Part shown: positions 1 to 8,873 of the stretch, in pieces
Layout: each line of letters begins with the position of its first letter
Numbering within the stretch: position 1 is the first letter of the stretch
Assembly: GCA_027310565.1 (NCBI GenBank)
Contig: DAIDAP010000016.1
Location: forward strand, 25,017-89,016
DNA from: Chloroflexota bacterium
GTDB taxonomy: Bacteria > Chloroflexota > Limnocylindria > P2-11E
DNA: 64,000 nt
Direction: 5' to 3'
Translations under genes and position numbers: made by a program
Notes under the pieces: model-generated
What the model was told of the DNA's origin: nothing
Databases searched by the model: none
Seen by the model: only the letters and a program-made list of their open reading frames with translations

Positions 1-844
1 CCTCGCCCTCGCGCAGCTCGGCGTCGACGGCGTCGAGCGCCCACACCGGCGAGCCGGGGTAGCGGAACGCGAGGGCCTCGGCGCGCGCGAGCGTCCTGCC
101 CGTCGCGCCGCCGCGCTCCGGGGCCGCGGGCGGCGGGCCCGGGACCCACACGCCGCGCTCCGCGAGGCGCGCGCCCTCGCGCGCGAACACGTCGGCGGGC
201 GCGCCGTCCGCGACGACCCCGCCACCGGGCTCGATGACGACGACGCGGTCGACGAGCGGCAGGACCTCGGCGAGGCGATGCTCGACGAGGACGAGCGTCC
301 GCTCGCGCGAGGCCGCGAGGTCCGCGATGAGCGCGCGGACGTCGGCGGCGCCGTCCGGGTCGAGGCTCGCGGTCGGCTCGTCGAGCAGGAGGAGCGACGG
401 CGCGAGCGCGATGACGCCCGCGATCGCGAGCCGCTGCTTCTCGCCGCCCGAGAGCGCGTCGGTGCGGCGCTCGCCCGGGTAGGGGAAGCCGACCGCGGCG
501 AGCGCGGCGTGCACCCGCGGCCAGATCTCCGCCGTCGGCACGCAGCGGTTCTCGAGCCCGAACGCGACGTCGTCGCCGGCGCGCCCCATCACGAGCTGCG
601 TCTCGGGGTCCTGGAAGACGATCCCCGTCTCCGCGCGGACGACGAGCTCGCCCTCGCGCTCGCCGCCGCCCGAGGTGTCGAGCAGGCCGGCGAGCGCGAG
701 CAGGAGCGTGCTCTTGCCCGCGCCCGACGGGCCGAGGAGGAGGACGCGCTCGCCCTGCTCGACGACGAGGTCGAGGCCGCGGATGGCCCAGGCCGACCGA
801 CCGGCGTGGCGCCAGCCGAATCCGCGCGCCTCGACGGCCGGCAC
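1..844 (-). CDS. ECF/ABC transporter ATP-binding protein, tandem duplicated ATPase (EcfA1-EcfA2 fusion-like); 3' end runs off the window
   Basis: Reverse-strand translation gives MPAVEARGF...GPSGAGKST (Walker A), LSGGEKQRLAIA (ABC signature), LLLLDEP (Walker B). A second ATPase domain then begins (FRYPGSPVWALD...). GTG start overlaps the stop of the upstream S component by 1 nt. Absent from the ORF track because it is truncated by the window edge. Confidence 0.8.
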   Translation of the reverse strand, partial: MPAVEARGFGWRHAGRSAWAIRGLDLVVEQGERVLLLGPSGAGKSTLLLALAGLLDTSGGGEREGELVVRAETGIVFQDPETQLVMGRAGDDVAFGLENRCVPTAEIWPRVHAALAAVGFPYPGERRTDALSGGEKQRLAIAGVIALAPSLLLLDEPTASLDPDGAADVRALIADLAASRERTLVLVEHRLAEVLPLVDRVVVIEPGGGVVADGAPADVFAREGARLAERGVWVPGPPPAAPERGGATGRTLARAEALAFRYPGSPVWALDAVDAELREGE

Positions 845-1419
845 TAAACGCGCCGCTGCATCGAGCCGGACGGGAGCTGCGAGAGCACGCCAGCCTGCGC
901 GAGCGCGTTCATGAGCCACCACGATCCGAGCCCGGCGATGACGACGGCCGAGATCAGCATGAACACGCCGATGACGAGCTGGTCGCCGAGCGCGAGCTCG
1001 GCGTAGTAGACGGGCATGTCGTGGAGCCACTCGCCGACCGCCGCGGCCGCGCCCGCGGCCATCGCGGTGATCGCGTTCCAGCTCCGGTAGAGCGTCGCGC
1101 CGAAGACGATCTCCGCGAGACCGCCCTGGATCGCTCCCGAGAGGAGCGTGTCCAGCCCCCACTGCGACCCGAGGATCGTCGAGACGCTCGCCGCGACGAG
1201 CTCGGCGAAGAGCGCGGCGCCGGGCCTACGCACGACGAGCGCGGCGAGGACCGCGGGGATGAGCCACACGCCGGAGATGAGGTACTCGGCGGGCGGCAGG
1301 AAGACGAACGCCGGCTTCGACGCCTCCCACACGAGGTTCCACGCCCAGAAGACCACGCCGAACGCGACCGCGATAGCCGCCGTGACCACGATGTCGACCG
1401 TGCGCCAGGTGCCGTTCAT
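844..1419 (-). CDS. ECF transporter substrate-specific (S) component, YkoE-like membrane protein (thiamine/HMP precursor uptake)
   Basis: 191-aa polytopic hydrophobic protein. It sits directly between a TPP-riboswitch-controlled thiamine pyrophosphokinase gene and an ECF ATPase gene. Confidence 0.6.
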   Translation of the reverse strand: MNGTWRTVDIVVTAAIAVAFGVVFWAWNLVWEASKPAFVFLPPAEYLISGVWLIPAVLAALVVRRPGAALFAELVAASVSTILGSQWGLDTLLSGAIQGGLAEIVFGATLYRSWNAITAMAAGAAAAVGEWLHDMPVYYAELALGDQLVIGVFMLISAVVIAGLGSWWLMNALAQAGVLSQLPSGSMQRRV

Positions 1420-1420
1420 G

Positions 1421-2056
1421 TCATTCCTCCGTTTCGATGACGAGCAGGACGCCGGATGCGAGCGAGACGGATGCGGGTGGGGAGACGACGACGTTGGAAA
1501 GGCCGCGCGAGCGGCCGAAGGCGAGCGTCTCGTCGTCGAGCGCGTAGCGCAGACCGCTCGTGCGGACGCCGTGCGCGTCGCCCGCGACGGGAAGGAGCGT
1601 GACGATCGTGCCCGCGGCGCGGTCGATCGCGAGGCCGGAGCCGCCGTGGAGCGCGCGGATCACCGTCGGCCCGCGCGCCGCCCGCAGCGCGACGTCGCGG
1701 TACGCGGCGTCGGCGAGCAGCATGACGTTCGCGAGCACGTGGTCGATCCGCGTGCCGAACGCGCCGAGGAGCGTGATGTCGGTGGCGCCGCGGTCGAGCG
1801 CCACGCGGACGGCGAGCTCGGTGTCCGACTCGTCCTTCTCCGTCTCGTACGGCATGACCTCGACGCCGCGTCTGGCGAGGCGCCGCGCGCCCTCGCGTCC
1901 GAGCGAATCGAGATCCCCGACGAGGACGTGCGGGACCGTACCCCACCGCGCGAGGGTGAGCGAGCCCCCGTCGGCGGCGATGAGGAGGTCGGCACCGGCG
2001 CACCGCGCACGGTCCGCCTCGGCGGGATCACCGTGCGCGACGATGACCGCCCTCAT
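1421..2056 (-). CDS. Thiamine pyrophosphokinase (thiamine diphosphokinase)
   Basis: 211 aa starting MRAVIVAHGDP...ADLLIAADGG. Overall TPK catalytic plus thiamine-binding domain architecture. Immediately downstream of a TPP riboswitch. Confidence 0.75.
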   Translation of the reverse strand: MRAVIVAHGDPAEADRARCAGADLLIAADGGSLTLARWGTVPHVLVGDLDSLGREGARRLARRGVEVMPYETEKDESDTELAVRVALDRGATDITLLGAFGTRIDHVLANVMLLADAAYRDVALRAARGPTVIRALHGGSGLAIDRAAGTIVTLLPVAGDAHGVRTSGLRYALDDETLAFGRSRGLSNVVVSPPASVSLASGVLLVIETEE

Positions 2057-2059
2057 GAA

Positions 2060-2205
2060 ACGAAAAAGCGGCGCACCTGAGCGCCGCAGCGAGGTCGCAC
2101 GCGTCTCGACTCCCTACGCTGACATTACTCAGATCAGGTTCTGGGGTCTGCGTTCGTCGCACTCTCAGCGCCGCACCACCCGGCGCTCCCCCGTCGTATG
2201 CGGTT
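2060..2205 (-). ncRNA. TPP (THI-box) riboswitch including expression-platform terminator
   Basis: Minus-strand sequence reads GGGGAGCGCCGGGUGGUGCGGCGCUGAGAGUGCGACGAACGCAGACCCCAGAACCUGAUCUGAGUAAUGUCAGCGUAGGGA. This carries the conserved CUGAGA, ACCC...GAACCUGAUC and GCGUAGGGA elements of the TPP aptamer. It is followed by the hairpin GCGGCGCUCAGGUGCGCCGC plus UUUUU ending 7 nt before the TPK start codon. Confidence 0.8.
2063..2087 (-). terminator. Intrinsic terminator hairpin (riboswitch OFF-state attenuator)
   Basis: The plus strand reads AAAAA (2063-2067) then gcggcgcacctgagcgccgc (2068-2087), so the minus-strand RNA is GCGGCGCUCAGGUGCGCCGC followed by UUUUU. This is a perfect 7-bp GC stem plus U-tract. 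Confidence 0.55.
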
Positions 2206-2223
2206 GTCAGGAGAAGCGTACAC

Positions 2224-2334
2224 CTAAGCGGCGGCGCGCTCCTCCACCTCTCCCACCGCCTCGACCGGCGTGGTGGGCGCGACGAGCCACGCGATGATCA
2301 GGGCCGCGAAGGACGCGAGCGCGACGAGGTCCAT
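2224..2334 (-). CDS. Small hydrophobic peptide (36 aa) translationally coupled to amtB
   Basis: MDLVALASFAALIIAWLVAPTTPVEAVGEVEERAAA. The minus-strand GGAGGAGAAG Shine-Dalgarno sequence lies 3 nt upstream of the ATG and overlaps the amtB stop codon. One predicted transmembrane helix. Confidence 0.3.
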   Translation of the reverse strand: MDLVALASFAALIIAWLVAPTTPVEAVGEVEERAAA

Positions 2335-2345
2335 CTCTTCTCCTC

Positions 2346-3575
2346 CTAGATCTGGTACGCGGCCTCGCGGTGCTGCGACGCGTCCAGGCCGAGGACTTCT
2401 TCCTCCTCCGGCACGCGCAGCCCCACGAAGAGGTCGATCACCTTGAGGATCGCGAAGGTCATGACGGCGGCGTAGCCGGCCGTCGCCAGCACGGCGAGCG
2501 CCTGGATGCCGAGCTGCGCGGGGTTGCCGTAGACGAGGCCGTTCGCCGCGGCCGAGTTCACGGCGGTCGTCGCGAAGAGGCCCGTGGCGAGGGCGCCCCA
2601 GGTGCCGCCGATGCCGTGGACGCCGAACACGTCGAGCGCGTCGTCGACCCGCAGACGCTTGAGGACCTGGATCGCCGCGTAGCAGAACGTGCCGGCGCCC
2701 AGGCCGATGACGATCGCCGCCGACACGTCGACGAAGCCGGACGCAGGCGTGATCGCGACGAGGCCGGCGACCGCGCCGGCAGCCGCCCCGAGCACGCTCG
2801 GGGCGCCTTTGTGCAGCCACGAGACCGTCATCCAGGTGAGCGCCGCCATCGCCGCCGCGGTGTTGGTCACGACGAACGCCGACGTCGCGAGCCCGCCCGC
2901 GGTGAGCGCGCTGCCGGCGTTGAACCCGAACCAGCCGAACCACAGGAGCGACGCGCCGAGCACGGTCATGGTCGCGTCGTGTGGCTCGATCGGCTCCGAG
3001 CCGTAGCCCTTACGCCGTCCCAGGACGAGCGCCGCGACGAGCGCGGACACGCCGCTGGTGATGTGCACGACGGTGCCGCCGGCGAAGTCGAGCGCGCCCA
3101 GGCCGCGGAGCCACCCGCCGGTGCCCCAGACCCAGTGCGCGACCGGGTCGTACACCAGCGTCGCCCAGAGGAGCGTGAACACGACGAAGGCCTTGAAGCG
3201 CTTGCGCTCGGCGAACGCGCCGGTGATGAGCGCCGGCGTGATCACCGCGAACATCATCTGGAAGACCATGAACGCCTGCGCCGGGACGGTGGGGGCGTAG
3301 TCGGGGTTCGGCGCCTGTCCGACGCCACGGAGCGCGAACCATTCGAGCCCGCCGATGATCCCGCCCTTGTCCGGGCCGAACGCGAGCGAGTAGCCCCACA
3401 GGACCCACTGCACGCTGATGAGGGCGAGGATGAAGAAGCTGTGCATGATCGTCGCGAGGACGTTCTTGCGGCGCACCAGCCCGCCGTAGAAGAAGCCGAG
3501 CGCCGGCGTCATGAGCATCACCAGGGCCGCCGACATGAGGATCCACGCGGTATCGCCGCTCGAGATGTTTTCCAT
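2346..3575 (-). CDS. amtB: Ammonium transporter AmtB
   Basis: 409 aa with the Amt/MEP family signature across 11 TM segments ([30 protein letters not shown]). Confidence 0.9.
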   Translation of the reverse strand: MENISSGDTAWILMSAALVMLMTPALGFFYGGLVRRKNVLATIMHSFFILALISVQWVLWGYSLAFGPDKGGIIGGLEWFALRGVGQAPNPDYAPTVPAQAFMVFQMMFAVITPALITGAFAERKRFKAFVVFTLLWATLVYDPVAHWVWGTGGWLRGLGALDFAGGTVVHITSGVSALVAALVLGRRKGYGSEPIEPHDATMTVLGASLLWFGWFGFNAGSALTAGGLATSAFVVTNTAAAMAALTWMTVSWLHKGAPSVLGAAAGAVAGLVAITPASGFVDVSAAIVIGLGAGTFCYAAIQVLKRLRVDDALDVFGVHGIGGTWGALATGLFATTAVNSAAANGLVYGNPAQLGIQALAVLATAGYAAVMTFAILKVIDLFVGLRVPEEEEVLGLDASQHREAAYQI

Positions 3576-3632
3576 GCCGGGCAGCCTGCGGTCGCCGCCG
3601 CCGCCGGTCAGCGCCGATGTGGCACCGCGAGG

Positions 3633-3665
3633 GTTGCGACTCGGTGACCGTCACCATTGCGAAAT
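3633..3665. promoter_or_regulatory. Putative nitrogen-regulator (GlnR-type) box and perfect palindrome upstream of amtB
   Basis: About 60-90 nt upstream of the amtB start, the minus strand reads TTTCGCAATGGTGACGGTCACCGAGTCGCAACC. It contains the perfect palindrome GGTGACGGTCACC and a gTnAc-n6-GnAAc arrangement (GTCAC CGAGTC GCAAC). Confidence 0.3.
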
Positions 3666-3815
3666 CGGCGAGCGCGGTCCGGCTCCGGATCCCGGAGGAC
3701 GAAAAGCCCTGGGCCCGTCACCGTTCGAGCACCGAACCGCCACCGCTCCGGGCTCCCCTCCGGCACGCGGCCGGCAGATGCTCGACGCGATGGCACGGAG
3801 GCGCACATGACCGAG

Positions 3816-3992
3816 ATCACGCGCTGGCGCCCGGCGGGGAGCCGGCCGAGGCGGATCCACCTGCCGCTGCCCGAGCCGCCCCGCTCGCGCCGAGTGTCCC
3901 GGATCGCGCGCTCGCCGAAGGACCGCCTCGCGCGCGCGCTCGAGGAGTGGCTGCGCGAGCTCGCCGTCGCGCGGACGATCGACGCCGACTAG
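3816..3992 (+). CDS. Hypothetical small arginine-rich protein (59 aa)
   Basis: A GGAGG Shine-Dalgarno sequence lies 5 nt before the ATG. The C-terminus (KDRLARALEEWLRELAVARTID) is predicted amphipathic helix. Could be a spurious high-GC ORF. Confidence 0.2.
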   Translation: MTRWRPAGSRPRRIHLPLPEPPRSRRVSRIARSPKDRLARALEEWLRELAVARTIDAD

Positions 3993-4027
3993 CCTCGCAC
4001 CGCCAGGAGCGCCGCGCGGACGGAACG

Positions 4028-4459
4028 CTACGCGGCGGAGCCTGCGCTGAGCGGGCGGGGTGCGCGCCGCATGTAGAGCGCGACGCCGAGCACGGCGACG
4101 ACGAGGCCGAGGACGAAGTAGAGGGGCTGCAGCCAGCCCTGCGGCGTGTCCGGCGATCCGAGCGCGGCGAACCCCACGACCCACACCTCGACGATCTCGA
4201 AGAGGGCCATCGCGACGCCCGCGGCGATCGCCGCGATCGCGCCGAACGTCGGCGTCGCCGCGACACCGAGCGCGGCGAGCGCCGAGAGGAGGCCGACGAG
4301 GCCGAGCGCGACGGCGGGGATGGTGAAGTCCGTGAACGGACCCGAGCGGAGCCAGTCGAGCGGCAGCGTGGGCACGACCCAGAGGGCGCCTGCCACCGCG
4401 GTGACGGCGATGAATGTCAGGAGCAGCGCGAGAGTCCAGCGGACGGTCCGCTCGGTCAC
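4028..4459 (-). CDS. Hypothetical membrane protein (4 predicted TM helices)
   Basis: GTG start in a GTGA overlap with the stop of the upstream gene. 143 aa, strongly hydrophobic (TLALLLTFIAVTAVAGALWVV..., LGLVVAVLGVALYM). Confidence 0.5.
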   Translation of the reverse strand: MTERTVRWTLALLLTFIAVTAVAGALWVVPTLPLDWLRSGPFTDFTIPAVALGLVGLLSALAALGVAATPTFGAIAAIAAGVAMALFEIVEVWVVGFAALGSPDTPQGWLQPLYFVLGLVVAVLGVALYMRRAPRPLSAGSAA

Positions 4460-5340
4460 GGCGTCGCCTCGGTCGCGATCCGTGCGTTGACGCGCGGCGC
4501 GCGGCGCGAGGCGGACGCGGCGCGCACGAAGGATCCGATGAGCGCGAGCGCGATGGCGCCCAGGACGACGCCCGGCGCCCAGTCTCCGGCGGTGACGGCG
4601 CCGCCGGTCGGGTCCGTGCCGAGGATGCTGATCGCCGAGAGGCCCAGCAGGTACGCCGCGGCCTGCAGCAGCAGACCGGGCGCGACGACAAAGCCGAGGG
4701 CCCGCCCGCGCCAGAGCAGCACGCCGCCCAGGAGCAGCGCGGGGAGCTGGATGGTGAGGTCGAGCGTCCACACCGAGTGGACGACCATGCCGGGCGCCTC
4801 GCCCCTCGTGGCCGCCGTGACGATGCCGGCCGACCACAGCGCGATGAAGAGCGACGCGACGGCGACGAGGAAGCCGCCGGTGGCCCGCTCCGGGACGAGC
4901 CTGCGCAGACGAGCGCGGATCACGGTCGCGTCGACGCTCGCGGCGACCGCGACCGCGGTGTAGGCGCTCACGGTCACGATGAGGAGGTAGGGGATGAAGA
5001 GCGCGTTCACCCTCGCGCCGAGGGCGTAGAACGCGTAGTCGTACACGACGTAGAAGAGCGCACCGAACCAGAGCGGCGGGCCGAGGAGCGCGCCCCGTCG
5101 CGTCAGGCCCATCGCGCCGAGGAGCAGCGGCAGCCCGACCACGAGATTGAGGACGTCCTGGCCGAGGAACGCCGGGAGGAGCGCGCGATCCACCCTGTAG
5201 AGGCCGGAGGCCCCGAACAGGAGACCCGCGGTCGACGCGATGGCCACGAGCGCCGCGACCAGGAGCGAGGCGACGTACACGGGCGGCCTCCCATGCGAGG
5301 ATGTGTCGGGGGCGTCCGGGCCGCGAGGGCGCATCGTCAC
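4456..5340 (-). CDS. Hypothetical polytopic integral membrane protein
   Basis: 294 aa with multiple hydrophobic segments. Lies in an apparent operon downstream of an arginase-family gene. Confidence 0.55.
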   Translation of the reverse strand: MTMRPRGPDAPDTSSHGRPPVYVASLLVAALVAIASTAGLLFGASGLYRVDRALLPAFLGQDVLNLVVGLPLLLGAMGLTRRGALLGPPLWFGALFYVVYDYAFYALGARVNALFIPYLLIVTVSAYTAVAVAASVDATVIRARLRRLVPERATGGFLVAVASLFIALWSAGIVTAATRGEAPGMVVHSVWTLDLTIQLPALLLGGVLLWRGRALGFVVAPGLLLQAAAYLLGLSAISILGTDPTGGAVTAGDWAPGVVLGAIALALIGSFVRAASASRRAPRVNARIATEATP

Positions 5341-5419
5341 AGCCGTCGCCGACGAACGCTTCGTTCGTGTGGGGGACGCCCTTACGGGTCGTGTGAGGGG
5401 AGGAAGGCCTCGGTGGCCG

Positions 5420-6265
5420 TCAGCTCGCTGCGGCGGTGCGCTCGAGCGCGCCGACGAGGCCGGCGATCGCGGAGGGCAGCGCCGAGCGCTGGTCCTGGCG
5501 GGTGTCGTAGCCGCACAGGTCGATGCCGCGCACGTCCGCGGTCGTCACGACCTGCGTGACCAGCTCACGCAGCGCGGCGAGCGTCACCCCGCCCGGCGAC
5601 GGGAAGGCGACGGCCGGCATCGCCGACGGATCCACGACGTCCACGTCGACGTGCAGCCACACCGCGCGCCGGCGCGCGAAGGCGACGATCGGCGTGACGT
5701 CGCCGTGCTCGGCGTCGAAGGCGACGCGCACGAGACGCGAGCGCTCGAGGTTCTGCCGCTCGCCGGGGTCGAGCGCGCGCCCGCCCACGAGGGCGACGCG
5801 CTCGTCGGCGATGCGCCGCGCGCCGGGCCACAGGAGCGGGGCGACCGATCGGCCGCACACGTGCGCGAGGCACATGCCGCTCACGTAATGCGTCGGGGTG
5901 GTCGCGAGCGTGTTGAAGTCGCCGTGCGCGTCGACGTAGACGAGCGCGAGGTCGGGCTCGACCGCGAGCGCCCCCGAGAGCGATCCCGCGACGATCGTGC
6001 ACTCGCCGCCGAGGACGAGCACGCTCGCGCCGGAGCGGAGCGAGAGCGCGACGCCGTCGGCGAGCGTGCGGCAGGACTCGCGCGCGGCGGTGAGCCAGCG
6101 GTCGCGGGGGTTGAACGGGATGCGCGCGTGCTTCTCGGGACCGAGCGCGGGGACGAGGCGTTCGGCGAGGACGGCCGGCGCGGGCGCCAGACCGGCGAAA
6201 CGCTGTTCGGTGACCACACCGGCCTCGAACAGATGGAGCGGACGAGCCGCCATTTGTGGGCGCAT
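5420..6265 (-). CDS. Arginase/agmatinase/formiminoglutamase-family ureohydrolase
   Basis: 281 aa with binuclear-metal motifs VYVDAHGDFNT, GGECT and DVDVVDPSAMPA (DxDxxDP). Confidence 0.75.
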   Translation of the reverse strand: MRPQMAARPLHLFEAGVVTEQRFAGLAPAPAVLAERLVPALGPEKHARIPFNPRDRWLTAARESCRTLADGVALSLRSGASVLVLGGECTIVAGSLSGALAVEPDLALVYVDAHGDFNTLATTPTHYVSGMCLAHVCGRSVAPLLWPGARRIADERVALVGGRALDPGERQNLERSRLVRVAFDAEHGDVTPIVAFARRRAVWLHVDVDVVDPSAMPAVAFPSPGGVTLAALRELVTQVVTTADVRGIDLCGYDTRQDQRSALPSAIAGLVGALERTAAAS

Positions 6266-6430
6266 GGTAGCCCGCCCGCATGCTCGCCGGCCAGCCCCGC
6301 CCGAGCGGGCCGGCGCCCGGGCGAGTCGAGCGGATCGCCCCCGCGGTGGGCCGGATGTGGCGGTCCGCGGAGCGGTGCCTGTAGGATGCGTCGCGGCCGC
6401 GCCGCGGAGCGCGAGGGAGGAGAACGGGAG

Positions 6431-7030
6431 ATGGGCACCGCGAACGCCGCGTCCACGGCCGGTCTGGTCGGGAGGGTCAGGGGGATCCTGCTGCGGCCCA
6501 AGGACGAGTGGCGGACGATCGAGGCGGAGCCGGCCACGGCCGCCGGGCTGTACCGGGGCTACGTGCTGCCGCTCGCGGCGATCGGCCCGGTGGCGACGCT
6601 CATCGGCAGCGTCGTCTTCGGCGTCAGCCTGCCGCTCGTGGGCACCGTCCGCTCGCCGATCGGCACCGCGATCACCGGCGCGATCGTGAGCTACGCGCTC
6701 ACCCTCGTCGGGACCTACGTCGCGGCGCTGGTCATCGACGCGCTCGCGCCGACCTTCGGCGCGACGCGCAACAGCACCCAGGCGCTCAAGGTCGCGGTCT
6801 ACGGGAACACCGCCTCGTGGGTCGTCGGGATCTTCGCCATCCTGCCGGCCCTCGGCGTGCTCCAGATCCTCGGCCTCTACAGCCTCTACCTCTTCTACCT
6901 GGGCCTGCCCGTGCTGATGAAGGCCCCGGCGGAGCGCGCGCTCACGTACACCGCCGCGGTCGTCGTCGCGCTCATCGTCATCTACGCGCTCATCGCGATC
7001 GTCGCGGGCTCGTTCATCCGGTACTACTAG
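6431..7030 (+). CDS. Yip1-domain membrane protein
   Basis: 199 aa. A GGGAG Shine-Dalgarno sequence precedes the ATG. Soluble N-terminus followed by about 5 TM helices (LYRGYVLPLAAIGP..., typical of the Yip1/DUF1282 family). Confidence 0.6.
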   Translation: MGTANAASTAGLVGRVRGILLRPKDEWRTIEAEPATAAGLYRGYVLPLAAIGPVATLIGSVVFGVSLPLVGTVRSPIGTAITGAIVSYALTLVGTYVAALVIDALAPTFGATRNSTQALKVAVYGNTASWVVGIFAILPALGVLQILGLYSLYLFYLGLPVLMKAPAERALTYTAAVVVALIVIYALIAIVAGSFIRYY

Positions 7031-8141
7031 CGGGCGCTCGGTCGCCGAGCGACGCGAGGAGCCGGTCGATCGCGGCCAGGCCGGCGTGGAGGACGCGCGG
7101 CTCCATGCCGAAGCCGATGCGCAGGTGCCGCTCGGCGCGGAAGTGGATCCCTGGGACGACCATCGTCGAGTACTCGCGGATGAGCCGGTCGACGAGGGCC
7201 GTCGAATCGATGGGGAAGCGGTAGCTGAAGAAGCAGACCCCGCCGGCGCGGGGCGGCGTCCAGTGCAGCTCGCGCGAGCGGCCGGCGGCCCAGGCCTCCA
7301 GCGCCGGCCAGCGCTCGTTCAGGAGGAACCGCGCGCGCTCGAGGAGCCTCGTCCGCCGCTCGAGCGCGATCTCCGCGAGGCGCTCGGACACGGTCGCCGG
7401 CGCGATCGTCGTGTAGTCCTTGAGCCGCAGCGCGGCCTGCACCCGCTCGGGCGGCGCGACGATCCAGCCGATGCGCAGCCCCGGCAGCCCGTAGACCTTG
7501 GAGAGCCCGCCGGTCACCACGATGCGCTCGCCGCGCCCGCTGAACGACGCGCTCTCCTCGCCCGACAGCTCCGCGCCGCGGTAGACCTCGTCGGCGAGGA
7601 TCCACGCGCCGTGCCGCGACGCGACCTCGACGACGCCCGCGATGTCCGTTCGCGTGAGCGCCTGCGCGGTCGGGTTGTTCGGCGTGCACACGCAGACGAG
7701 CCGCGTCCTCGCGTTCACCGCCGCGGCGAGCGCATCGAGGTCGAGCGTCCAGCCGCGCTCCTCACGCAGCCAGACCTCGCGCACGCGCGCTCCGAGACCG
7801 GTCGCGATGCCGTGCACCTGCATGTAGCTCGGCATGACGACGACCACCTCGTCGCCGGCGGAGACGAGCGAGCCGAGCGCGAGGAAGTTCGCCTCGCTCG
7901 TCCCGGTCGTGATGACGACGTTCTCCGGGCCGGCCCCGTCGTGGAAGGCGCCGACGAGCGCGCGGGTCGCCTCGCGACCGACGCCCTCGGCGTAGCCGAG
8001 CCTCGTCCCGAGGAGCTCGCGCACGTCGCGCGCCGCCTCCTCGAGCGTGAGCGCTTCGACGCCCGACTCGGAGAGGTCGTAGCGGACGCGGTGCTCCCAC
8101 ACCGACTGCATCCGCTCCATCTCGAAGGTCGGCAGCTTCAC
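7014..8141 (-). CDS. Pyridoxal-phosphate-dependent aminotransferase, class I/II
   Basis: 375 aa. N-terminus FEMERMQSVWEHRVRYDLSESGV, TPNNPT motif and GLSKVYGLPGLRIGW with the PLP lysine. Confidence 0.8.
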   Translation of the reverse strand: MKLPTFEMERMQSVWEHRVRYDLSESGVEALTLEEAARDVRELLGTRLGYAEGVGREATRALVGAFHDGAGPENVVITTGTSEANFLALGSLVSAGDEVVVVMPSYMQVHGIATGLGARVREVWLREERGWTLDLDALAAAVNARTRLVCVCTPNNPTAQALTRTDIAGVVEVASRHGAWILADEVYRGAELSGEESASFSGRGERIVVTGGLSKVYGLPGLRIGWIVAPPERVQAALRLKDYTTIAPATVSERLAEIALERRTRLLERARFLLNERWPALEAWAAGRSRELHWTPPRAGGVCFFSYRFPIDSTALVDRLIREYSTMVVPGIHFRAERHLRIGFGMEPRVLHAGLAAIDRLLASLGDRAPASSTG

Positions 8142-8164
8142 GGACGCAAGATACGCTCTGGCCC

Positions 8165-8785
8165 GTGCGGCGCATCGGACACCGCGGTGCCATGGGCCAC
8201 GCGCCGGAGAACACCATCGCCTCGTTCCAGAAGGCGATCGAGCTGGGCTGCGACGAGGTTGAGACGGACGTGTGGCTGGCGGCGGACGGCCGGCTCCTCG
8301 TCACGCACGACCGTCCCGGGCCGGGCGTCTCGCTCACGCTCGACGAGGTCCTCGACCTGTGCCGCGGGCGGATGGGGGTCGACGTCGAGCTGAAGTGCGA
8401 GGCGAGCGAGGACGCCGCGCTCGAGACCGGGCGCCGCGTGGCACGACGCATCGCCGAACGGGGCGACGGCGAGGTCTACGTCTCGAGCTTCTGGTGGCCA
8501 GCCCTGGAGGGCGCGCGCGGGACGGCGCCGGAGGTGCGGCGCGCGTACCTCTTCGCGTCGTCGCCGCGGCGCGAGACGCTCCTTCTCGACGCGCGCGAGC
8601 ACGGGCTCTGGGCGCTCCACCCGAACCGCGCGTACGTCACACCGGACCTCGTCCGCGACGCGCACGGCGCGGGGCTCGCGGTCCAGGTGTGGACGGTGGA
8701 CGATCCCGAGGAGATCCGGCGCTTCGTCGCGTGGGGCGTCGACGGGATCATGTCCGACTTCCCGGAGCGCGTCCCGAAGGGCTGA
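8165..8785 (+). CDS. Glycerophosphodiester phosphodiesterase
   Basis: 206 aa with N-terminal IGHRGA...PENT motif and E/D/H active-site residues. GTG start. Confidence 0.8.
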   Translation: MRRIGHRGAMGHAPENTIASFQKAIELGCDEVETDVWLAADGRLLVTHDRPGPGVSLTLDEVLDLCRGRMGVDVELKCEASEDAALETGRRVARRIAERGDGEVYVSSFWWPALEGARGTAPEVRRAYLFASSPRRETLLLDAREHGLWALHPNRAYVTPDLVRDAHGAGLAVQVWTVDDPEEIRRFVAWGVDGIMSDFPERVPKG

Positions 8786-8873
8786 TCGCGCACCTCGATG
8801 CCCACCTCCTCGCGGCGACGCGCCGCGCGGTCTCGGCGGCGGATTCGCCGGCCTCGCCTGCGCCTCCCGGGAT

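Noticed and set aside
2370-3647. 425-aa plus-strand ORF overlapping amtB
   Set aside because: Antisense to a clear Amt-family gene. Low-complexity R/E/D/G composition.
5240-6430. Long N-terminal extension of the Yip1 gene (ORF-track 5240..7030) and ORF 5565..6281
   Set aside because: The extension overlaps the arginase-family gene on the other strand and is R/G/A-rich. A GGGAG Shine-Dalgarno sequence plus ATG at 6431 gives the sensible Yip1 start.
8786-8873. CGCGGCG-ACG-CGCCGCG hairpin between the convergent GDPD and hom genes
   Set aside because: Short GC stem without a T-tract, in a convergent intergenic region. Plausibly a weak bidirectional terminator but not distinguishable from background GC palindromes.
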